From Spirochaetota bacterium (lineage in GTDB: Bacteria > Spirochaetota > UBA4802 > UBA5550), in NCBI GenBank assembly GCA_963664815.2, contig CAXXHB010000003.1, forward strand, positions 1,056,001-1,120,000: a stretch of 64,000 bases of DNA. Direction: 5' to 3'. A program made the position numbers and the translations under genes. Below, in pieces: positions 22,532-33,597 of this stretch. Numbering within the stretch: the first letter of the stretch is position 1; each line of letters opens with the position of its first letter. A model generated the notes under the pieces. The model ran no database searches. It was given only the letters and a program-made list of their open reading frames with translations, and was not told the origin of the DNA.

Positions 22532-22727
22532 CTCCGGGAATTTATCAGCCTGGTAACTATCAATTTAACAATATAGATAAATTATAGAAAAACCAAATTT
22601 TTTTATAACAGTCTGCATTTCTGTTTTTTAGGGGGTATAAGGCTGATAAATTTCCTTATCTTTTAAATTGGCGGGATCACTGCAAAGAAGCCAGTTCCAT
22701 ATTTAAACCTTTTATAAATATAATTCG

Positions 22728-22767
22728 GAACACGATTTCAGGATTAAAGGATTAACGGAATTACCTG
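22728..22767. repeat. dispersed GGATT-periodic repeat, copy 1
   Basis: 36/40 identical to 44263-44302. Confidence 0.75.
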
Positions 22768-22955
22768 TGAATACAACGGCAGATTTAAAGGTCAGAGGAT
22801 TTCGTTTACTTTATACTAAAACAGGTGCTGAGGAACTAACGTTGAAATGTAATATAAATTCTGATCTGACAGTAACAAATATAACCACATATCTGTTGAT
22901 ATTTTGAGTTGCAAATTAATCCGGTTTTTATATATATAACATATGGAGCTTAAAT

Positions 22956-23168
22956 ATGCCTTTCATAAAAATAGAGGGATTCACGGGGAACATCTATGTA
23001 CCCGAAAAAAACCAACAGAAAAAAAAGCATCCCTGTGAAGACTGTTTTTCATGCCAGTTCTGCAGCGATGAAAGGTGTGAACTCTGCCGCAGGAATAAAT
23101 GCTGCACAAATACGAAAGAATCATCATCTCCCCCTGTGACAGTTGAAAACAAATCTGTGAAAGAATAA
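22956..23168 (+). CDS. small Cys-rich protein
   Basis: GGAG RBS; HPCEDCFSCQFCSDERCELC..CC. Confidence 0.7.
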   Translation: MPFIKIEGFTGNIYVPEKNQQKKKHPCEDCFSCQFCSDERCELCRRNKCCTNTKESSSPPVTVENKSVKE

Positions 23169-23184
23169 TTATGAAATACAGGTT

Positions 23185-23210
23185 TTAACGGTATATTAAC
23201 GATCATAATG
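23185..23210 (+). promoter_or_regulatory. putative KdpE-binding direct repeat
   Basis: TTAACG-gtata-TTAACG with an 11-bp period, plus a third degenerate TAATG, about 120 bp upstream of kdpA. Confidence 0.5.
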
Positions 23211-23324
23211 CGGAAATTCACTAAAAACTCACCAATGCTGCAATAATCTTAACCAGTATAAAATTGAAAAAATCCCTTTTAGTCTTTAAATCAATACTAT
23301 CAGTAATTTATGGGGAGAAAACAT

Positions 23325-25031
23325 ATGAATACTATTGATATTACAGCGCTCCTGATATTTTTTGCAATTCTCATTACAGCTTCAGTTTTTCTTGGTAAAT
23401 ATATGATGAAGGTGTTTACCGGTACGAAAACATTTATGACACCGGTAATACGTCCGCTGGAGCGGTTAGTCTACAAAGTTTGCTCCGTTGACGAATCATC
23501 GGAAATGTCCTGGAAAACCTACGCATGGGCATTTATTCTGTTTAATATTGCTGGTGTAATACTCCTGACCGTTATTCAGATGGTTCAGGGTTATCTCCCG
23601 CTGAATCCGCAGAAACTTCCCGGCGTAAAATGGGACAGCGCACTGAACACGGCTATCTCTTTTGTTACCAATACCAACTGGCAGGGTTACAGCGGCGAGC
23701 TTACTATGAGTTATTTTTCGCAGATGACCGGGTTGACGGTACAGAACTTTGTCTCCGCCGGAATAGGAATGGCAGCCGGACTTGCCCTCATCAGGGGATT
23801 TATTCAGAAAGAATCAGACTCTGTAGGGAACATATGGGTGGATCTTACACGCTCGGTTCTTTACGTGCTTCTTCCTCTTTCTGTTATTACTGCGGTGATT
23901 CTGATGTCTCAGGGTGTAATTCAGAATTTCCATTCCTATGTTACCGCTCAAACTCTTGAGGGGGGGAAACAGCTTCTTCCTATGGGGCCTGCGGCATCAC
24001 AGATCGCGATTAAGCAGCTTGGTACAAACGGAGGAGGTTTTTTTAATGTCAACTCGGCCCATCCATTTGAGAACCCGACATTTATATCCAATCTTTTAGA
24101 GACATTTTCAATAATAGTTATACCTGCGGCGTTTGTATTTATGTTCGGTTATATGCTCAATAACCGCAAACAGGGGAGAGCAATCTTCGCAACAATGGCG
24201 CTTCTCTTTGCCATGGGCCTCTGTTTAATTCTCTGGAGTGACAGCAAAGTTACTCCTGTATACGAAAATGCCGGAATTTCAGGTTTACAGAACATGGAGG
24301 GGAAGGAAAACAGAATAGGAGTCTTCTGGTCAGGTGTATGGAGCCAGATTACGACAGTTACCTCAAACGGTTCAGTGAACAGTATGCATGACAGTTATAT
24401 GCCTGTAGCAGGTTTGGTGCAGATGTTCAATATCGGAATTGGAGAGGTAATATTCGGCGGCGTCGGAGTCGGACTTATCGGGTTTCTTTTTTATGTAATT
24501 CTGTCGATGTTTGTCGTGGGTCTGATGATCGGACGGACCCCGGAATTTATGGGTAAAAAGTTCGGGCCGTACGAGATGGGGATGTCGCTCATTGCGCTGC
24601 TTGTTCCTATGTGTACAGCTGTGATATTTTCCGCTATAGCTGTTTCCACCCAACCCGGGCTTTCAGGCCTGAATAATCCCTCGGCTCACGGGCTTTCTGA
24701 AATTCTTTATGCTTATTTTTCAGCTGTGGGGAATAATGGTTCAGCATTCGCAGGACTTAATGCCAATACGCTGTTTTACAACAACACACTTTCAATAGCG
24801 CTTCTCGTCGGACGTTTTGCAACAGTACTCCCGGCACTTGCTATCGCTGGTTCTCTTGCTCATAAGAAAATAGTGCCGGACAGCCCGGCGACATTCCCGA
24901 CTAAAGGGATTCTCTTTGTCGCCGTTGTTGCCGGTGTAATTATAATTATGGGAGCTCTGACATTCTTCCCGGTTTTTGCTCTCGGACCTGTACTTGAACA
25001 TCTTTTTGTTCAGCAGTCATTAACGTTTTAA
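23325..25031 (+). CDS. kdpA: K+-transporting ATPase subunit A
   Basis: TNTNWQ, GTNGGGFF, SNGSVN and GNNGSAFAGL pore loops; GGGGAG RBS before the ATG at 23325. Confidence 0.96.
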   Translation: MNTIDITALLIFFAILITASVFLGKYMMKVFTGTKTFMTPVIRPLERLVYKVCSVDESSEMSWKTYAWAFILFNIAGVILLTVIQMVQGYLPLNPQKLPGVKWDSALNTAISFVTNTNWQGYSGELTMSYFSQMTGLTVQNFVSAGIGMAAGLALIRGFIQKESDSVGNIWVDLTRSVLYVLLPLSVITAVILMSQGVIQNFHSYVTAQTLEGGKQLLPMGPAASQIAIKQLGTNGGGFFNVNSAHPFENPTFISNLLETFSIIVIPAAFVFMFGYMLNNRKQGRAIFATMALLFAMGLCLILWSDSKVTPVYENAGISGLQNMEGKENRIGVFWSGVWSQITTVTSNGSVNSMHDSYMPVAGLVQMFNIGIGEVIFGGVGVGLIGFLFYVILSMFVVGLMIGRTPEFMGKKFGPYEMGMSLIALLVPMCTAVIFSAIAVSTQPGLSGLNNPSAHGLSEILYAYFSAVGNNGSAFAGLNANTLFYNNTLSIALLVGRFATVLPALAIAGSLAHKKIVPDSPATFPTKGILFVAVVAGVIIIMGALTFFPVFALGPVLEHLFVQQSLTF

Positions 25032-25042
25032 GGAGATAAATC

Positions 25043-27055
25043 ATGAATTTACTGAGTTCTGAATTTTTATTGCCCTCCTTCAGGGAATCTGTCAGGAAGC
25101 TGAATCCGTTTACACTCTGGAAAAATCCTGTAATGTCTGTAGTGGAGATCGGAGCTTTGATAACAACAACTGCAGCGATAAGAAACTTTTATTCAGGGGA
25201 GAGCGTCTTCTTGTCATTACAGGTCAGTGCCTGGCTGTGGGCAACTGTTATATTTGCGAACTTTGCCGAATCCCTGGCTGAAATAAAAGGAAAGGCAAGA
25301 GCAGAATCGCTCCGCAGCACAAAAAATCTGTTAATCGCAACACGAATATCCGAAAGCGGGAGGGAGGAACAGGTCAGTGCAGCACTCCTCAGAAAAGGTG
25401 ATAGCATTATTGTTCATGAAGGTGAGACGATCCCCGGTGATGGGGATATTATTAAGGGTACAGGCCTTATTGATGAATCCGCAATAACCGGTGAGTCTGC
25501 CCCTGTTATAAGGGAATCGGGCGGAGACAGATGCGGAGTAACAGGCGGAACAAAGCTTCTCTCGGGAAACATTACAGTCAGAATCGCTGTCAATCAGGGG
25601 GAATCCTTTCTTGACAGCATGATTAAGATGGTCGAAAGCGCGAAGAGACAGAAATCCCCCAACGAATCGGCCATGGATATACTGATAACGGCTCTCACCA
25701 TACTGTTTTTAGTTGTTGTAGTTACGCTTCCTGCATTTGCGGAATATATGGGTTTGTCCATAAGTGTTACTGTTCTTGTTGCACTTCTTGTATGTCTTAT
25801 GCCTACAACAATCGGAGGTCTTCTTCCTGCGATAGGAATTGCAGGCATGGACCGGGTTCTTCAGCATAATGTAATTGCAATGAGCGGAAGGGCTATTGAA
25901 GCTGCCGGAGATGTTAACATTGTCCTTCTCGATAAAACCGGAACAATTACATTAGGCAACAGGATGGCTTCGGAATTCATCCCTGCAGATGGCGTTGATA
26001 TGAAACTACTGGTTGAGAATGCAATGTATTCATCTCTTGCCGATGAAACCCCCGAGGGACGCAGTATTGTTGTACTGGCAAAGAAAGAACTCGGTATTCA
26101 CGGAAGCGATATCCGTCAGCCGGCCGGTTCGGTGTTTATCCCTTTTACACCGGAAACTGCGATGAGCGGCATTGATATTGCAGGTCGGAAAATAAGGAAG
26201 GGATCTCTGCATGCAATTGATGAAATGGCCGGGAAGACCGGTATTGTAATACCTGATAAGATATATTCAACGGTTGACCATGTGAGTATGGCGGGCGATA
26301 CACCCCTGGTGGTGATTACCGACGGCAAGGTGCTTGGAGTAATACGTCTTAAGGATATTGTAAAAAGCGGTATCGCGGCCAGAATTGCACAGCTTCGAAA
26401 CATCGGTATTAAATCAGTAATGATAACCGGAGATACACATTTAACTGCAGCATCAATTGCTGCCGAAGCCGGGCTTGATGATTTTATCGCCCAGGCTAAA
26501 CCTGAAACCAAGCTTATGCTGATCAGAAAATACCAGAGTTTCGGGAATATGGTTGCGATGATAGGTGACGGCACCAATGATGCGCCGGCTCTTGCTCAGG
26601 CGGATGTCGCCGTGGCTATGAATGCGGGAACGCAGGCAGCACGTGAAGCCGCGAATATGATAGATCTGGATTCCTCACCGACAAAGCTTCTTGATATAGT
26701 GGAGATCGGCAAGGAGATACTTATAACGCGGGGAGCGCTGACCACTTTCAGCATTGCGAATGATGTTGCGAAATATTTTGCTATTATACCTGCTATTTTT
26801 GCGGTAAAATATCCAGTTCTTGGTATTCTTAATATCATGAGGCTGGAGAGCGCCGAGTCGGCAGTATTATCTGCGGTTATATTCAATGCCCTGATAATCC
26901 CTGCACTGATACCTGTTGCTCTCCGGGGGGTGAAATATCGTGTAACCTCGGTATCAGCTCTTCTGAGAAGAAATCTGATGATTTACGGACTTGGCGGGAT
27001 AATACTACCTTTTATGGGTATTAAAGTTATTGATTTACTGATAAAAGTGATATAG
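25043..27055 (+). CDS. kdpB: K+-transporting P-type ATPase subunit B
   Basis: [17 protein letters not shown] and [12 protein letters not shown] motifs. Confidence 0.97.
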   Translation: MNLLSSEFLLPSFRESVRKLNPFTLWKNPVMSVVEIGALITTTAAIRNFYSGESVFLSLQVSAWLWATVIFANFAESLAEIKGKARAESLRSTKNLLIATRISESGREEQVSAALLRKGDSIIVHEGETIPGDGDIIKGTGLIDESAITGESAPVIRESGGDRCGVTGGTKLLSGNITVRIAVNQGESFLDSMIKMVESAKRQKSPNESAMDILITALTILFLVVVVTLPAFAEYMGLSISVTVLVALLVCLMPTTIGGLLPAIGIAGMDRVLQHNVIAMSGRAIEAAGDVNIVLLDKTGTITLGNRMASEFIPADGVDMKLLVENAMYSSLADETPEGRSIVVLAKKELGIHGSDIRQPAGSVFIPFTPETAMSGIDIAGRKIRKGSLHAIDEMAGKTGIVIPDKIYSTVDHVSMAGDTPLVVITDGKVLGVIRLKDIVKSGIAARIAQLRNIGIKSVMITGDTHLTAASIAAEAGLDDFIAQAKPETKLMLIRKYQSFGNMVAMIGDGTNDAPALAQADVAVAMNAGTQAAREAANMIDLDSSPTKLLDIVEIGKEILITRGALTTFSIANDVAKYFAIIPAIFAVKYPVLGILNIMRLESAESAVLSAVIFNALIIPALIPVALRGVKYRVTSVSALLRRNLMIYGLGGIILPFMGIKVIDLLIKVI

Positions 27056-27064
27056 GTGGGTTAT

Positions 27065-27631
27065 ATGAAACAACTTAAAATATCGGTTTTGATGCTTTTA
27101 ATTTTTACGCTGCTTACCGGAGTTATTTATCCCCTGGCAATAGCAGGGATCGGCAGGGTTTTGTTTAAGGAAAAAACAGACGGTAGTCTCATAATAAAGG
27201 ATGAAATTGTTAAAGGCTCATCCCTGATCGGCCAGAAATTTGAGAAACCTGAATTTTTTCAGGGAAGACCATCCGCTGTAAATTATGATGCCGGTGGTTC
27301 AGGAGGGAGCAACCTCGGGCCGACAAATAAAAAGCTTACAGATGGCGTAATAGCCCGCGCTGATCAGATAAGGAAAGATTTCAATATATCGGGTAAAACA
27401 GCGCTTCCTTCAGATTTTATCTTTACTTCAGGGAGCGGGCTTGATCCTCATATCAGTATTGAGGCAGCGATGCTCCAGGCAGACAGGATAGCCGCCGCGC
27501 GGAAAGTCGATAAATCTGTGATACTCAATATAATTAATTCAAATGCCGAGAAACAGTTATTTTATGGAAACGCATATGTTAATGTCCTTAAAATGAATAT
27601 GATACTTGCTGACAGAGGTGAACTTAAATGA
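27065..27631 (+). CDS. kdpC: K+-transporting ATPase subunit C
   Basis: GSSLIGQ, GRPSA, SGGSNLGP and SGSGLDPHIS motifs. Confidence 0.95.
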   Translation: MKQLKISVLMLLIFTLLTGVIYPLAIAGIGRVLFKEKTDGSLIIKDEIVKGSSLIGQKFEKPEFFQGRPSAVNYDAGGSGGSNLGPTNKKLTDGVIARADQIRKDFNISGKTALPSDFIFTSGSGLDPHISIEAAMLQADRIAAARKVDKSVILNIINSNAEKQLFYGNAYVNVLKMNMILADRGELK

Positions 27632-30294
27632 GTGAACATTACAGACCGGACCCGGAAAATATCCTCGCTGCAATAAAAAAAGAGGAGGAAGAGAGCGGCA
27701 GAGCCAAACTGAAGGTTTTTTTCGGTATGTCTGCCGGTGTCGGTAAGACATATGCCATGCTCAAGGCGGCGCACAAACTGAAAGAGGAAGGTGTGGATGT
27801 CGTTGTCGGTTATGTAGAAACACATAAACGCGCCGAAACTGATGAACTTGTATCAGGCCTTGAGCTGATTCCACGTAAAAAAGCCGATCAAAGCGGACTT
27901 GTTGTTGAAGAATTTGATATTGATGCTGTTCTTCTGAGAAAACCGGAGGTAGTTCTTGTAGATGAGCTCGCACATAGTAACGCTTCCGGATTCCGTCACA
28001 ATAAAAGATACCAGGATGTAATGGAACTGCTTGATCACGGAATTGATGTATATACTACACTGAACGTACAGCATGTTGAAAGCCAGGCGGATGTTGTTAA
28101 TCAGATAACAAGTGTAAAAATACACGAGATCATCTCGGATTCCATACTTGACAGGGCAGATTCGATAGAGCTTATAGATATATCTCCCGAAGGGCTGCTG
28201 AAGCGTCTTTCAGAGGGTAAAGTGTATATACCGGAAAAAGCTGAACTCGCTGCTGAAAGGTTCTTCAGAAAAGGGAACATAACAGCACTCAGGGAGATGG
28301 CTCTCAACTATGTTGCAAAGTCAGTGGATAACGATCTGCAGCATTACATGCAGAGAAAAAACATTCCCGGGCCATGGAAGGCAGGAGACCGGCTGATGGT
28401 TGCTGTAAGCCCCAGCCCTTACTCGGAATATCTGATAAGATGGACCAGAAGAATGGCATTTAATCTGAAAGCCCCATGGATAGCTTTATATATTGAAAAA
28501 CAGCGGCCCTTGTCGGATACAGGACAACGAATTCTTAAAAATAACCTTAATCTTGCAAGGGAACTGGGAGCTGAAGTAATTTCAACTATTGATAACGATA
28601 TTGTCGCAGGTTTATTGAGAATAGCTAAGCAGAAAAATATAACTCAGATTGTCGCCGGAAAACCACTCAGATCTTATTTGTCAGACTTTTTTACAGGGGG
28701 GAATCTCATAGAAAGACTGCTGAAAGCGAGCGGGGATATAGAGATTCATATAGTGAGTCAGCCTGCGATAAAGTCCGCGAGGTTCAGCCTTAAAGGCAGG
28801 CTTAATTTTTCAGTAAGGTGGACTGATTATCTGACAGCAATTATGGCTGTATCAATAATTACTGTTATAAATATTTTTATTGTCAGTTTTACAGGATACT
28901 GGACAATCGCACTGATATTTCTTATTTTTATTCTGCTGCTAGGCTTATATCTGGGCAGAGGAGCAGTCCTTGTTGCGGCAGCATTCAGTGCTATGATATG
29001 GAATTTCCTTTTTATCCCTCCACTCTTTACATTAAGAATAGCAAAGCTTGAAGACCTGATGATGTTTTTTGTTTATCTTATCACCGCAATGATCGTCGGT
29101 GGTCTGACATCAAAACTCCATTCAAAAGAGTGGGCTTTGCGGATAAGAGAGAAGAACATTTCCGATATGTATGAATTTTCCAAAGCCCTTGGAAATGCCG
29201 CTGATATTGACGAAGTAGTCATTACAACTGTCAAGTATATTGAAGTATATTTTAATGCGAAAACAGCATTTATACTAAGGGACGGATCCGGTGTACTTTC
29301 GGCAGTACAGCATAAACATAGTTCCTGCATCATGCATGAGGGTGGAAGAGGAATAGCGGAATGGGTTTATAAAAACAGGAAATCTGCAGGATTAAATACT
29401 GATACTCTCCCTCAGGCATCAGCCACTTATATCCCGCTTAATTCACCGGGGAAGGTGATGGGAATTCTCTGTATACAGTCGGAAAAGGGGTCAACATTGT
29501 CATTTGATCAGGACAACTTTTTCCAGAGCATAGTTTATCAGGTATCCATGAGACTGGAAAGAGAGTTTCTTTCCCTGGAAAACAGAGATTCGCTGCTCCT
29601 GGCAGAATCAGAACGGATTTATAAGATACTTCTTAATTCAATCTCACACGAGCTTCGAACACCTTTGACAACAATTACCGGTGCATCAACAAGCCTGCTT
29701 GATGAGATTGTAGAGTCTAAACCTGAAATCAGGAATGCCCTTGTCAATGAAATATTGAGGGCAAGTGAAAGACTGAACAGACTGGTTGATAATCTTCTGG
29801 ATATAAGCCGTCTGGAATCGGGAATGATGAAACTGAATCTGCAGAAATATGATCCGGGAGATCTTGTCAGTGTTGTGCTCAGGACACTTGAAAGAGAACT
29901 GTCGGATTACAAAGTTTTGGTTGACATTCCTGACAATCTTCCCATGATAAAAATAGATTTTGTGCTGATGGAGCAGGCTCTGGTAAATCTTGTCTACAAT
30001 GCGGTAAATCATACACCTGCGGGGACTGTTATCGGTATCAGTACAGAACTTTCAGAAAACAGTTTTCAGATTACAGTTAAAGATAACGGGCCCGGGCTTG
30101 TACCTGAAGAGATCCCGTTTATATTCGATAAATTTCACAGGGGGGCTTCCTCTCCGGCAGGAGGCACCGGACTTGGGCTTTCAATATGCAGAGGAATCGT
30201 TGAAGCTCATAACGGTTCAGTAACGGCAGAGAATAATACCGACGGTGGAGCGAAGTTTATTATAACTCTTCCGTATTCACCTGGAGAGCTGTGA
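27628..30294 (+). CDS. kdpD: sensor kinase KdpD
   Basis: GMSAGVGKT KdpD domain, Usp domain, 4 TM, GAF, SHELRTPL H-box. Confidence 0.96.
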   Translation: MSEHYRPDPENILAAIKKEEEESGRAKLKVFFGMSAGVGKTYAMLKAAHKLKEEGVDVVVGYVETHKRAETDELVSGLELIPRKKADQSGLVVEEFDIDAVLLRKPEVVLVDELAHSNASGFRHNKRYQDVMELLDHGIDVYTTLNVQHVESQADVVNQITSVKIHEIISDSILDRADSIELIDISPEGLLKRLSEGKVYIPEKAELAAERFFRKGNITALREMALNYVAKSVDNDLQHYMQRKNIPGPWKAGDRLMVAVSPSPYSEYLIRWTRRMAFNLKAPWIALYIEKQRPLSDTGQRILKNNLNLARELGAEVISTIDNDIVAGLLRIAKQKNITQIVAGKPLRSYLSDFFTGGNLIERLLKASGDIEIHIVSQPAIKSARFSLKGRLNFSVRWTDYLTAIMAVSIITVINIFIVSFTGYWTIALIFLIFILLLGLYLGRGAVLVAAAFSAMIWNFLFIPPLFTLRIAKLEDLMMFFVYLITAMIVGGLTSKLHSKEWALRIREKNISDMYEFSKALGNAADIDEVVITTVKYIEVYFNAKTAFILRDGSGVLSAVQHKHSSCIMHEGGRGIAEWVYKNRKSAGLNTDTLPQASATYIPLNSPGKVMGILCIQSEKGSTLSFDQDNFFQSIVYQVSMRLEREFLSLENRDSLLLAESERIYKILLNSISHELRTPLTTITGASTSLLDEIVESKPEIRNALVNEILRASERLNRLVDNLLDISRLESGMMKLNLQKYDPGDLVSVVLRTLERELSDYKVLVDIPDNLPMIKIDFVLMEQALVNLVYNAVNHTPAGTVIGISTELSENSFQITVKDNGPGLVPEEIPFIFDKFHRGASSPAGGTGLGLSICRGIVEAHNGSVTAENNTDGGAKFIITLPYSPGEL

Positions 30295-30405
30295 ATTTGA
30301 ACAACTCCATATGGGACTGCAGGTTCCGGATTTACAGGCATCTGCCGGCGTAGCGCTGATATGATTGTCTGATTTCAAAGGGAGAATGATGGTGCGGTTA
30401 AAAGA

Positions 30406-31092
30406 ATGAGTGAAGGACCGGTAATACTTATAATTGATGACGAAGTTCAGGTAAGGCGGATGCTTCGTTTAAGTCTTGAGGCCCACGGATATAATGTGAA
30501 GGAGGCAACAACTTCGCAGGAGGGCCTTGACCAGTCTGCTTTATCAAAACCTGACCTTGTAATACTTGACCTGGGGCTTCCGGATCGGAGCGGCCTTGAC
30601 ACTCTCAGGAGTTTAAGGGAGTGGAGCAGGGTTCCTGTTATTGTACTGTCGGTAAAAAATTCCGAACAGGACAAAATTGACCTTCTTGACAGTGGCGCCG
30701 ATGATTATCTGACCAAGCCCTTCAGCATGGGGGAACTTCTTGCGCGGATAAGAACCGCGCTCAGGCACAGCGTTCCGGAATCTTCAGATGGTATAATCAT
30801 TTCAGGTGATCTGACTATAGATATTGTAAAGAGGATAGTATCAAGAAAAGGTGAGGAGATAAAACTTACCCCGACGGAATATACTATAATAAAAATTCTT
30901 GCTGTCAATGCAGGTAAGGTGATTACTCATAATCAGATCATGGATGAGTTATGGGGGCTGAATGCCCATGCTGATTCGAGTTATCTCAGGGTATACATAC
31001 TCCAGCTTAGAAAAAAGATAGAGACAGATCCGTCCAGCCCGAAAATAATACTGACAGAACCTGGTGTGGGCTACAGAATGATTATTGATTGA
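30406..31092 (+). CDS. kdpE: OmpR-family response regulator KdpE
   Basis: Receiver plus winged HTH (YLRVYILQLRKKIE..TEPGVGYR); follows kdpD. Confidence 0.93.
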   Translation: MSEGPVILIIDDEVQVRRMLRLSLEAHGYNVKEATTSQEGLDQSALSKPDLVILDLGLPDRSGLDTLRSLREWSRVPVIVLSVKNSEQDKIDLLDSGADDYLTKPFSMGELLARIRTALRHSVPESSDGIIISGDLTIDIVKRIVSRKGEEIKLTPTEYTIIKILAVNAGKVITHNQIMDELWGLNAHADSSYLRVYILQLRKKIETDPSSPKIILTEPGVGYRMIID

Positions 31093-31225
31093 TTTTATAA
31101 TAAAATTTAATATTTTTCATATATCAGATATATGACCTGTTGCCTTATCTCAGTTTTTTTGTGGTATAAGGAGCAGAGAAGCTTTAAAATCATAGTGTCA
31201 GATTAATCCGCAACCCTGGAGAAGA

Positions 31226-32704
31226 ATGCTGAATAATACAGGTTTAATTTCAATTTACAACAGTAGGAAGGTGCTGGCAGGGGTCTTTACAGGGCTGATA
31301 CTTCTGGGCTGCTTATATGTAATCAGCAGATTCAATTACCTGCTGTTTCATATGCTTGCTGAATTATTTTCTATCTCTGTAGCCGGCGCCGTATTTTTAC
31401 TGGCATATAATGTAGCCGGTCCTTCGCGTAACGATTCAATGGTTTTCCTCGGTATTTCATATTTTTATATCGGTATGATCGATCTTATTCATACGATGGC
31501 CTATAAGGGGATGGGTATTTTCCCTGAGGAATTAGGGTCAAATACTGCAACTCAACTCTGGATAGCGGCCAGGGCGATGGAGGCTGTAACCATGCTTGTA
31601 TATCCGATGCTGATAAACCACCGCTTCAAAGCGTGGTCCTTCAAGATTAATATAGCATATGCCGGCATAACCGCTGTGATAATGGCAGCAGTATTTTCAT
31701 GGGGGATCTTCCCTGTTTGTTATATTGATGATACAGGACTGACGGTTTTCAAGAAAACCTCCGAATATATAATCTGCATTGTACTGGCCGCGGCAGTTAT
31801 TCTCCTGTCAAGCAGGAGAGACGACATGGATAAAGATGTATTCCGCCTGCTGTTCTTTTCTCTGGTTGTTACCATTGCTGCGGAGCTGGCATTTACCTTT
31901 TATGTCGATGTTTATGGATTTTCCAACGTTCTTGGTCACTTTTTCAAGATAATCTCTTTTTTCCTGATATATGCAGCTTTTGTGCGTTCTTCACTGATCC
32001 GTCCATATTCGACGATATTCCGCCAGCTGGAGCAGGAGAAAGAGGCGCTCAGGCTGAGTGAGATTAATCTGAGAACGAGTGAGGAGACAATAAAACAACA
32101 GCTCAGGGAAAAAGAGACTATTCTTAAGGAAGTACATCACCGTATTAAAAACAATATCAGTTCAGTTAAAAACCTGTTAATCCTGCAGTCCGATTCAACA
32201 TCTAACGTCGAAGCAAAAGACATTATTGAAAAGGCAATTAACCGTGTTGAAAGCATGTACCAGATATATCAGAAGCTTCTTCTGACAGACGATTACGGGG
32301 AGTTGTCCGTTAAAAATTATATTGAAGACCTGGTAATGTCTATCATTGATATTTTTCCGGAAGACGGTAAGGTAACTGTCAAAATGGAAATTGATGATTT
32401 TACGCTGGATGTAAACAGATTATTCCCTCTCGGTGCCATAGTGAATGAGCTTATAACCAACTCCATGAAATATGCTTTTGCAGGCAGGGAGTCGGGTAGT
32501 ATTGATATAGTCCTGAAGAGGATGAATAATTGTTTTACATTATCCATAGAGGATGACGGCAGCGGTATACCGGACGATTTTGACGCCAACAAGTCGCCGG
32601 GATTCGGTTCAATGCTGGTAAAAATGCTTGCACAGCAGATTAATGGGGCAGTAACCATGGAAAACCGATATGGTACCAGAAGCGTTATTACTTTTGAGAT
32701 TTAA
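31226..32704 (+). CDS. MASE3-domain HisKA_2 sensor kinase
   Basis: NYLLFH..AE, DLIHTMAYKGM, TQLWIAAR and GLTVFKKTSEY (MASE3); EVHHRIKNN. Confidence 0.9.
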   Translation: MLNNTGLISIYNSRKVLAGVFTGLILLGCLYVISRFNYLLFHMLAELFSISVAGAVFLLAYNVAGPSRNDSMVFLGISYFYIGMIDLIHTMAYKGMGIFPEELGSNTATQLWIAARAMEAVTMLVYPMLINHRFKAWSFKINIAYAGITAVIMAAVFSWGIFPVCYIDDTGLTVFKKTSEYIICIVLAAAVILLSSRRDDMDKDVFRLLFFSLVVTIAAELAFTFYVDVYGFSNVLGHFFKIISFFLIYAAFVRSSLIRPYSTIFRQLEQEKEALRLSEINLRTSEETIKQQLREKETILKEVHHRIKNNISSVKNLLILQSDSTSNVEAKDIIEKAINRVESMYQIYQKLLLTDDYGELSVKNYIEDLVMSIIDIFPEDGKVTVKMEIDDFTLDVNRLFPLGAIVNELITNSMKYAFAGRESGSIDIVLKRMNNCFTLSIEDDGSGIPDDFDANKSPGFGSMLVKMLAQQINGAVTMENRYGTRSVITFEI

Positions 32705-32715
32705 CCGGCCTGGCA

Positions 32716-33588
32716 TTAAAAAACAGATTTTTCTTTTTCAAGCCTTCCGCTGTATGTGTCAAGTATTATGGTATCCTTATAAATCCTAACCAGCTCGTCG
32801 CTTAAAATATCGAATTCGTTTATTGATTTTTGTGATAAGTTTCCGATTACTACTCCGCATCCAGCAACACCTGGATTTACCGGAACGTCATTCTCTCTGA
32901 TGGAAGACAAAAACAGCTCAATCAGGATAACATTATTTTCGGGATGTATAGAAGATGATTTTACTTTTTCTTTCATCCAGTTATATAAATATTTCCGCTG
33001 ATAACTGCTGTCATACCCGTACCACAGCATCGACTTTATCCCTCTGATGACCGAGTCAAGGAAGGTATCAAAAAAGGTTTTACCACCGGTATTTTTATCA
33101 GATATTGAATATGGATCGATATGAATAAAATCAGATGATGAAAAATTATCAATTAAAGAATCAATGGTTTTAATTGAGTCGTCTTTATATGTCTTAACTT
33201 TTTCAGATAAATTAATTTTTAATGAATATTCCTTTATGGCTTTTAGTGGCTCATTTTCAATGTCGCAGAATATATATTTTTCTGCGCTGTCATGCAGAAC
33301 GTTCATTGCCAGCCCCGGTGAACCGGGATACCTGGTGAACATGGCGCGGTTACCTCCGTATTTTAATAGCGTCTGATAAAATACTGAATTACGGATAATG
33401 TCTGATTCCGCCGCGCTGTTTATAACTGTATAAATACCATAGTCGCGTTCAGGGGAGTGAGTAAGCGGATAATCCGGATGAGCCGAATTTGTTTCAACAT
33501 AAAATCTCGGGCTTTCATTTTCCATGAAGCTGCATAAAGGGAGATGTTTCCAGATGTCGCCGATCCTGCCATAATGTATGTAGCTCAT
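32716..33588 (-). CDS. RlmJ-like adenine-N6 methyltransferase
   Basis: HYGRIGDIWKH (cf. RlmJ HAGNHADVLKH), YPGSP and HIDPY. Confidence 0.65.
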   Translation of the reverse strand: MSYIHYGRIGDIWKHLPLCSFMENESPRFYVETNSAHPDYPLTHSPERDYGIYTVINSAAESDIIRNSVFYQTLLKYGGNRAMFTRYPGSPGLAMNVLHDSAEKYIFCDIENEPLKAIKEYSLKINLSEKVKTYKDDSIKTIDSLIDNFSSSDFIHIDPYSISDKNTGGKTFFDTFLDSVIRGIKSMLWYGYDSSYQRKYLYNWMKEKVKSSSIHPENNVILIELFLSSIRENDVPVNPGVAGCGVVIGNLSQKSINEFDILSDELVRIYKDTIILDTYSGRLEKEKSVF

Positions 33589-33597
33589 GCTCTCCCC

